A stretch of 58,769 nucleotides of DNA, filler included, from Sphacelaria rigidula (taxonomy: Eukaryota): the NCBI GenBank assembly GCA_964200075.2. It is 10 parts of 10 records of this genome, joined end to end, with 100 filler letters (N's around TTAATTAATTAA, not from the genome) between each part and the next. Parts side by side here need not be neighbours in the genome. Positions count along the whole stretch, not along the records: positions 47,097 to 52,883 come from CAXNAA020024476.1; positions 52,984 to 58,769 come from CAXNAA020024477.1; 8 more parts are not named here. The stretch is one strand, 5' to 3'. Made by a program: the position numbers and the translations under genes. Position 1 is the first letter of the stretch, and each line of letters begins with the position of its first letter. This document shows positions 51,225-58,769 of this stretch, in pieces. The notes under the pieces are model-generated. The model saw only the letters and a list, made by a program, of their open reading frames with translations, was not told the origin of the DNA and did no database searches.

Positions 51225-52328
51225 GTCGGCCAGAAAAATACAAACAACGATCCGGACAAAATTTATCGAGTAGCAGCCCGCCATCTACAGAATGTTCACG
51301 GCATTGCATCCATCAACGCGAAAAACCTCGAGAAGGTCCTGTCCCTCTTGAACCTACGTCCTCGCCGCCTGGTGCGCCAGGGCCTTGCGCCGCGTCCTTT
51401 GCTGCGAGCGGTCAGGGATGCCAAGAAACAGAAGGCTCAGAAGGGCGCCATGGCGGGGAGTTCCACCCCGCCGATCGCCACGGAAGCTCTGAACAAAGAG
51501 GGCCTTGATGCGGCGGCCGTGGAGTGGGAGATGCTGAGTGTTGACGGCGATGCTGCCGAAACGGAGGACAAGCACCGAGACGGAGAAGCGGCGGCGGAGG
51601 ACGTTGTCGGGGTGGAGTGTGCACAAAAGGAGGTGTCGGCAAAAGGCAACAAGGGGCAGCCGGACATCGGTAGCGCCCGCATCGTAAAGCCAAACCTTGC
51701 CGCTCGCATGCCCATCTATGCCGCTCTGGTCGCAGGCGGAATTAAGATCCGCCCGCGTGAAACACGCCCTCTGCTCCACGCCCTCGGAATCAGGCCCATG
51801 CGCCTTGTCAGGCTTGGACTCGTGGACCGGGCGGCCCTCGCCGCTGTGCTGACCTCGAGACGTGGCCGCGGCAAAATATACAAAGTTCACGGCCCCGGTG
51901 GGGCAGGAATTCCCGAAAAGCGCGGGGATGGGCGCTGCCGCCGCGGCCGTATGCACGGCGTGCAGGTACCCGGCGCCCGCGTTTGTGGTGATGGTTCAGC
52001 GGGGGGTGCGGGGGCCTCCCCGCCCCCGCCTCCCCAGCAACGGCCGCAGGTCGTGGTGTGCCACGGGCTTGCGGACGTCCATGCAGGATGGGGAACGATG
52101 CACCGCCCCGACCACCCGAGGCACGCGCTCAACCAGGGCATGCACATGGGCGGCGAGCGTCTAGGACGGCGTGAGGATGGTTCTGCGTGTGGTGATGGGT
52201 ATGCTCGGGCAGGTGGCGGCCGCAGGGGTGTTGTGCGCGGCAACGGCAGCGGACGCGGGCGCGGGAAGGACGAGCGTGTGGGGCGCGGCGCCCAAGCGAC
52301 CCCCAGTGGCGACCAGCCGTGCGCTTGA
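51225..52328 (+). CDS. Terminal exon of an unknown protein with two copies of an L(N/G)(L/I)RPxRLVRxGL motif and a Gly/Arg-rich tail
   Basis: TTCAG acceptor at 51220-51224, in frame with ORF 51348..52328. High GC and a long open frame ending in TGA. Confidence 0.65.
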   Translation, partial: VGQKNTNNDPDKIYRVAARHLQNVHGIASINAKNLEKVLSLLNLRPRRLVRQGLAPRPLLRAVRDAKKQKAQKGAMAGSSTPPIATEALNKEGLDAAAVEWEMLSVDGDAAETEDKHRDGEAAAEDVVGVECAQKEVSAKGNKGQPDIGSARIVKPNLAARMPIYAALVAGGIKIRPRETRPLLHALGIRPMRLVRLGLVDRAALAAVLTSRRGRGKIYKVHGPGGAGIPEKRGDGRCRRGRMHGVQVPGARVCGDGSAGGAGASPPPPPQQRPQVVVCHGLADVHAGWGTMHRPDHPRHALNQGMHMGGERLGRREDGSACGDGYARAGGGRRGVVRGNGSGRGRGKDERVGRGAQATPSGDQPCA

Positions 52329-55300
52329 AGATATGCCATGAGTTACAGCGAGGAGGGTTTGGTCGAAGCTCGCGAAATTTTCTTGTGCTCGAGAGCTTAC
52401 ACCGTACCCATGGAACGTTCGACCGCGGGTTTGGAGCGATGCAAATACTGGTATTTGATACTAGATGTATCTGTGCGGTGTGGAAAACGATGGAATGCGT
52501 CAGCACTGCCTTTTGTGTTTTTCATGGCGCTATCATCTTTCGCTTTCGGCCTTTGCGTCTTCGCGCTCAATTTGTTGGTGTTGTCTTGCAAGGTGCGCAG
52601 AGGCCTCCCTCGGAATATCGATACGAGGCTACAACAGTTCGTGATTGTAGGCTTCTGTGCTCATGCAACGTGGTTGTTGTTCCCGTCAATTGTTCCCAAG
52701 CGGTATATATCCGCGCAGGCTCTCCAGTTATTAACGTGCCGAAAAATTCGGTGGATTGGTCAGTACTACTTACGGGAGGGGGAGGGGGGGGGGGGGGGGG
52801 GGGGCTTCTTTTTTTTTTATGGGGGGGGGGGGGGGGGGGGGGGTTCCCCGGGGGGGGGGGAAAAAAAAGGGAGCGGGGAAGGGNNNNNNNNNNNNNNNNN
52901 NNNNNNNNNNNNNNNNNNNNNNNNNNNTTAATTAATTAANNNNNNNNNNNNNNNNNNNNNNNNNNNNNNNNNNNNNNNNNNNNTACAGCGAATGATCAAA
53001 GCCACTCTCAATCGTATCATCTACTCTCAATCTCACGAAAACACTGTTATATATGGGTGTAAGCTAGGGAATATGCTGTGCGTGCAACTCATACATCAAT
53101 AGAAGGTGGAGATGCATGTACCTGTGATTCACCTTGTATGAATGCGGAGGAAACGTGTACCTTCGACGGTGTACCGCACGAATCACGAATTAGTGATGTG
53201 CACATTCCAAGTAGAATACGAAGAACGAACCCAAAGCATGTACAAATCGTACAATTGATTTATCTAGATCCTGGATGAGTCCAGTCACGCGTTTATTCGT
53301 CACCATACAGACTTTTGCCTGACCCCAGATTTGCTTTCACTGGGAATAAGGGCGTTATCGTAACGTAATATTTACTCTTTTTCGTTCCAATCTTGACCCA
53401 CACTCTCAAGCGCGGACCAGGATGTTCGAGCGAGGTTTCAAGCAAAGTAGTATGTTGTAGTTGAAAGGAGCCCAGACAATTCGTTGTCATTGCCTGAGCC
53501 AGTCACGTTTATGATTTTGCACAGGTGCGAAAGGCTCTCATAACTCGAAATAAATCCATACCCCCAAACCGACTGTCGAAAGCTGGGTAAGTGCCCTTTC
53601 CCCGGCTCCCGTCAGATGTAACAAGACCGATGCCACTGGTTTGCCAAACATCTCTGCAATCTATATAACGCAAGTACTTTGGAACCCAAGTGAAATGCAT
53701 CCGATCATGTTCGGAATAGAAATTCGTTGGTATCAACGCTTTACAGGTTGGACAAATGGGCAATTTCGTTTGAACTAAACTCCCCGTCCTCGGCACTGCT
53801 CTTTCATCGAAGTGCGTCCTGGTTCGACAGTGCGTGCAATCGAGCTCAGCGGATGAATGCTGTGCATCCTAGTAAGGAACCAACCCCTGCAGCGTCTCCA
53901 GTCTGTGGATCCTCGAAGCACTCAACCCGGATACGTGTACAGAGCTGACTCCGAGGTCTACGATTCAATTGTGAAGAACGGAATAGGGAATCAGGGAAGG
54001 AACCAACAACCGCCACTTCAGCCCAACAGACCCAATCAACAAAACTAGGACAAACTAACAACGATGGTAAACGAAACCATCAACTCGTACACAGTCGAAT
54101 AACGAGAACGTCGCATTTTACTGCACAATACTTTCACCCAGGAAAAAAGCTGAGGAAGGAATGTACAAGTAGTAATTTAAGCGGAAACTGATCAGAATGG
54201 AGACAAACCTTACCCCACGACAAAAACACACTAGAAGGAAAGACCTGAAATATGAATGAGCTAGTGAGGTGGCGGGGCGGGAACCATCTAGCATCAAAAT
54301 GCGCGAGCACGAATACTGGTTCTCCTTTAAGCCATGCCTACCATCGGCCAGGAAAAACGACAACCGTGCGCTTTGGAGCCCAAGTGCGACAATGACGAGA
54401 AAAAAACACTACTCGTGCGTCATTGCTGTACAAGACGAGCACCAAGCGACACACATGTACCGTTGTTGGTGACAAGCAGCAACAATAACACCTCGGGTGG
54501 CAAAAATAGGGGAAAATCCGTAAAATCAAGGAACGTGCCGAGAACATCTTTACAAATGGATACCTGGATTCATATTCGAGGTCATGTTCTATCGCCCCCC
54601 GAGTACCACGTACATGTATGCCATGTTCAGTACCTTATGCGCGCAATAGCAGCAGGTTTGAAACAGATTTTTTTCCAGACGTCAAGGGGTTCAAGTCCAT
54701 TGTTACACCCGCCTGCAAGATGTCAAAGACTTGTTTCTTTTCTCGGTCTTTGGCCTACTCGCAATCAACCCCTTTCAGACGAGCCCATATTTTAGCACGT
54801 GACACAAACCACCCCCCCCGCCCGGTACATTTTTTACTCACCGCCCTTCCTTCTTGCACTTTGGTATCTGAGCAGGAGATGAGCTCTTTCACCGCCCGTC
54901 GACTGCTATCGCATGCCAAAATGGATACACTACTAATATATTTACCAACCCCTCTGCTGCACACACTGTCGGACGGCGTTCCCACAACAAAAAGAAACAT
55001 ATGCAGAACATCGGGTTTTGCACCCCACACGCTGTCCCGACCTTGCTGCTTCTCTGGTGAGCAATCCATTCCTTAGTTTCCACATCGACGACCACCCTAC
55101 CATGGTGCAAGTACGCGACCTCCGTGAACGTCTGGACACATGTGGACACGACAGAGGTTGATCTTACACCACCACGTCAATGCCATCGTGAATCTTGTCC
55201 ACGAAGTCTTCGATCGGGACGCACGACGACCACCACTGTTATCATGGCAAGAGGAGCAGGGAAGGCGGAGAAAAAAGGACCGCGTCCATCACGGGAAGAA

Positions 55301-57707
55301 ACAACAACGACGTCGGTTCAAGTCGCGCATGAGATGCAGAGAGAAATAAGGAGGACACGGGAGGGGCAGCAAAAGAGATCAGGTTGAGTAAAGCGAGGTT
55401 GAACACGACGTCGGCAATATCAAAAGTCGGTATGATTTTCACTTGACGGGTGGGGTGCGCCCATGAACCACCCGGTCGGTCGGTGTAGTAAAGGCCGTGT
55501 GCGTCATCAAGTTGAGTTTAATGCTGTACATACTGACCTTCATCCACTACATCTTGGGGTCTGAGACTGTCGAGCAGTCCAGTCCGAATAATAGCAGTAC
55601 AGTGACAGGTGCGACCACTAACCTCTCTTCTTCAGATCCACGAACTGCAGCAACACTTGTTTAAAAACATGTGATGAAATGACCGGCATGCACGTGTTTC
55701 TGTCCTTTCCCGACTTCCACATATATTTCACGGTAGAAGCTGAGAATTGAGCCGCATTAGCATCAGTTGTCAGCCGGACCAGATCAGCATTATCTTCACC
55801 AAATACAAAATGCTGCTACAGTCTTTGACGGACATTTTGGACAGTTCTTTCAACACACACATATTCAAGCTTTCGGCGACTTCCAATAGATTGATTCCAA
55901 GGCATTTGATGAAGGGAGATCACATCATCACGTACTAGCGCATATGTTTGCTGGGTTGGAAATATACATCCATCGGTGCTAGCAACAGAGACGGATTAAA
56001 TACATGATATATTTCAATTACAAACGGAAAATGAAAAAGTTGCAGAGTTTTTCCATCCTGCAAGCGTCTCTTCTGTAGAGCGCGTACAGAACCGTAACCA
56101 GGGTATCTTCCCGGGAATTCATTACCCGTGCCCAGATTATCTGTAAACTCTGTAGGAAGACGGACCCGACACATCCGTAACCTTGCGGTCATGCGTAACA
56201 AGGTTCTCTTAGATCTCGGTGTATGCAGCGATTAGTATTTCCGAGACAGCCGTGCGCGGTGAACTTGATTTGAAGCGGAACAAACGCATGGCGCAGCTAG
56301 GCTGCATCATTCATGTGTGTAGGTGCACTATGGGGGGTCTCTGGAAACTCGAGTAAAAATGGAGGACGGAAGCGGAAATAGTCACCGACTGATCATCGAA
56401 AGGCAAAGCAAAGAAGTTGGAAATAAATACACTACCCTCCCTGTCAGCGCCTGAGAGAGAGCGTAAATGCAGATATTCTAGCAATCGAGAGAACAGTTGG
56501 ATTGCCTCCATCCTAATATTTGATATTCTTGGGGAAAAGTGAAAGGAAAATGTGTAAAAGAAACAGGTTTACTTTCCGAACGCATATTTGCAAGCAGCAT
56601 TGTTTATCACCGCCGTTTTAGGTGTTGTAACCGAACGAACGCAACATTCCCGTCAGCTCCTGGTTCATAGAGAAGCGAAACAGTGGAGTTCTCTTCGTGG
56701 TCGAGAGAAGGGATGCACCCTGCCTACTATTTTTGGAGGATCGATTTTTTTCTGTATCAAATAAATCAAGGGGGGTTGGGGCAGAGAGAGGGGAGGAAAC
56801 GCGGGGAAACGTGCGTGAAGGAAACAAAATAAAGAAAATGCTGGAGCGAGAGCACGCGAAAATGAACGTTGCCCAGCGTCAAGTACAAGAGAAACGCTTC
56901 TACTATTAATTCGACTTGATCGAAAACCCTGTCGATACAATTTCCCGTTTCACAGTAAAGCATCTCTACTATCAACATGATTTGATTGAAAAGCCTATCG
57001 ATACAATTCAACGATTCACATGAAACCATTCGAAGCGTACATGAAGCTTCAAACTTGGTAAATTCAATGATAAAAAAATCGTCTTCTGTACAGTACGTGT
57101 TTGGGCTCAGGAGCTCGACGCAACGAGGCGTTATTCGCGACTTTGAGCAGTTTCGGAGCTGCTCTCCAAACGTTTAAGTAAATGGAAACGAAGGCATATC
57201 GGAGCTCGAGAGAATTTTGTGCCGTGCTCCGACGGGAATTTCCATTACTACAACAAAATTATCGGCGAGTGACTTTCACCAACCCTCGGAGGCTATTTCG
57301 AACGACACAGCCTAAGAGGTCAAAACCGTCGGAAAAATGGACATGAAAATGTGATATCGCACCCTGTAAAAATTCGAAGCACACACCGTGCACAAGCAGG
57401 GAAAAATTTACATCGCACTGGCTTTAGCTTAAGCCCTGGTTGCACACCAGTGGTCCTGTAGTCGGTGATCCGGCCACACCACGCTCGTACCGACGAACAC
57501 TGCACTATAAAAACAACAGGAACGATCAAAATTTCACAGGATCCAATCTGTTGATGAAAAAAATCGACCGTAGACGAAGAGCCACAATCATATTTACAGT
57601 CGAGCAGTTTCGGGCCTATGTTGGTTTTCCCGTCATTTTTTATTCAAATTTTCCATCACGTGCGGCATTCAAATCATCGACCGATCGATGCGGCAATGTT
57701 GTGTCAC

Positions 57708-57818
57708 CTGGTCTTCATATTCGCAGCTGTAGCCGGGCCAGCAGCAGGTGGTGCCCTCGTAGTCCCTACCGCCACATCGTTTGTTTTTACCGGCACACCC
57801 TCCAGGTATGGGGCGGCA
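57708..57818 (-). CDS. Exon encoding a CBM1 (fungal-type cellulose-binding) module
   Basis: CRPIPGGCAGKNKRCGGRDYEGTTCCWPGYSCEYEDQ fits the CGGxxYxGxTxCxxGxxC pattern. CAG acceptor and CAG/GTGACA donor; 111 nt, phase 0-0. Confidence 0.78.
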
Positions 57819-58327
57819 CTGCACATGGTGGACAATGGGGGCAAATGGTCGTGAAGAGGCAGACGCAGCGCGCAAGAGTTTGGGGGGCGGGAGATCATCA
57901 AAAAAGGGGCAGGGAAAACGTAGTCATTTGTTGCTTGCCTTCGTCATTTGAACTTTGATCATGCACAACCCCTTTTTTTTCGAGACGGAGCACCGTTCCC
58001 ACTCCTAGTGGAGACACCTCTAACATTTGGGCGCTCATTACCTTCCTTCCATACATGGCACAAAAATCTTCGACATGGTTCTTCCCCTTCCTATTGTTCC
58101 GTCTGTGGCCATCATCTCTCATCTAGTAATCACGATCATTTTCTCGCCACCGTACAACGTACCAAACGATTTCATGTCACCTTCGGTGGGGGGGCTGGGG
58201 AGGGGATGGGAGAGACAGCATGTAAGTTTGCATGAACAAACAACACGGTTTCATGAGTGCCAGAAACAAACACGTGCAGCAGGAGATGAAATGAAAAGCG
58301 GGAACTTTCGCCACAAACACAAGAATT

Positions 58328-58577
58328 GTGTGTGCGTGTTGTCATCCTATACATTCTGGATGCCAGTCTACACCCTTCGGTATACGTGGGCGCACCAGCC
58401 GGGGTCACACAGGAGAAATGCCAACGCAGACGTTTTTCTTCTGTATTTTTAGCACTCCACTTTCCTTCGGCGGTGCTTGCCTCATTTTTCATGACAAGAG
58501 GGCTTCTGCAGTTTCTTCATCTCATCGACCGTGAAGTCGATTTTTGTGTACCCACTACATGATCGCTCTCCGCTCTC

Positions 58578-58610
<33 letters not shown>

Positions 58611-58769
58611 GTCCCATTTATTCTGGGCGCCAGTTCGCACCTTTCGGTATATGTGGGCGCATCAGCCGGGGTCACACAAGAGGAGAATCAACACAGGAGC
58701 TTTTTCTTCCTTATTCGTTTTCAATACCCCACCTTCCTTCTGCGGTGCTTGCCTTCATTTTTTATCGCG
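58328..58769 (-). mobile_element. Two tandem 5'-truncated SINE copies with (GT)n tails
   Basis: Bodies at 58328-58578 and 58581-58769 match 48859-49198. Confidence 0.78.

Noticed and set aside
58761..58769. The window end (TTTATCGCG) matches the start of the contig at 47097, suggesting adjacency
   Set aside because: Both ends break inside the same high-copy SINE, so a 9-bp overlap is uninformative.

Overview
This is eukaryotic DNA. It is most consistent with a brown alga (Phaeophyceae), which I infer from the repeat families, the FNIP-repeat gene and short GT-AG exons in long introns. The window is not a continuous locus. It is ten contigs (nine of 5787 bp, the last 5786 bp) joined by identical 100-bp N/TTAATTAATTAA/N linkers, so neighbourhood across linkers means nothing. 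Mobile content: a decayed DIRS/Ngaro-type tyrosine-recombinase retrotransposon, two Ty3/gypsy elements (one nearly intact; one lacking its RT and RNase H cores), a tRNA-derived SINE family and several MITE families. Gene content: a frameshifted intronless FNIP-repeat gene, isolated exons (LRR, CBM1, two unknown) and one unknown intronless ORF. The most notable signals are three. (1) The FNIP array has a hypervariable two-residue slot in every 22-aa repeat, reminiscent of TALE repeat-variable diresidues. (2) A 248-bp hairpin appears to be built from an inverted duplication of coding sequence and is a candidate young miRNA/hpRNA locus. (3) A second near-perfect hairpin spans about 500 bp. No prokaryotic systems or CRISPR arrays were found.
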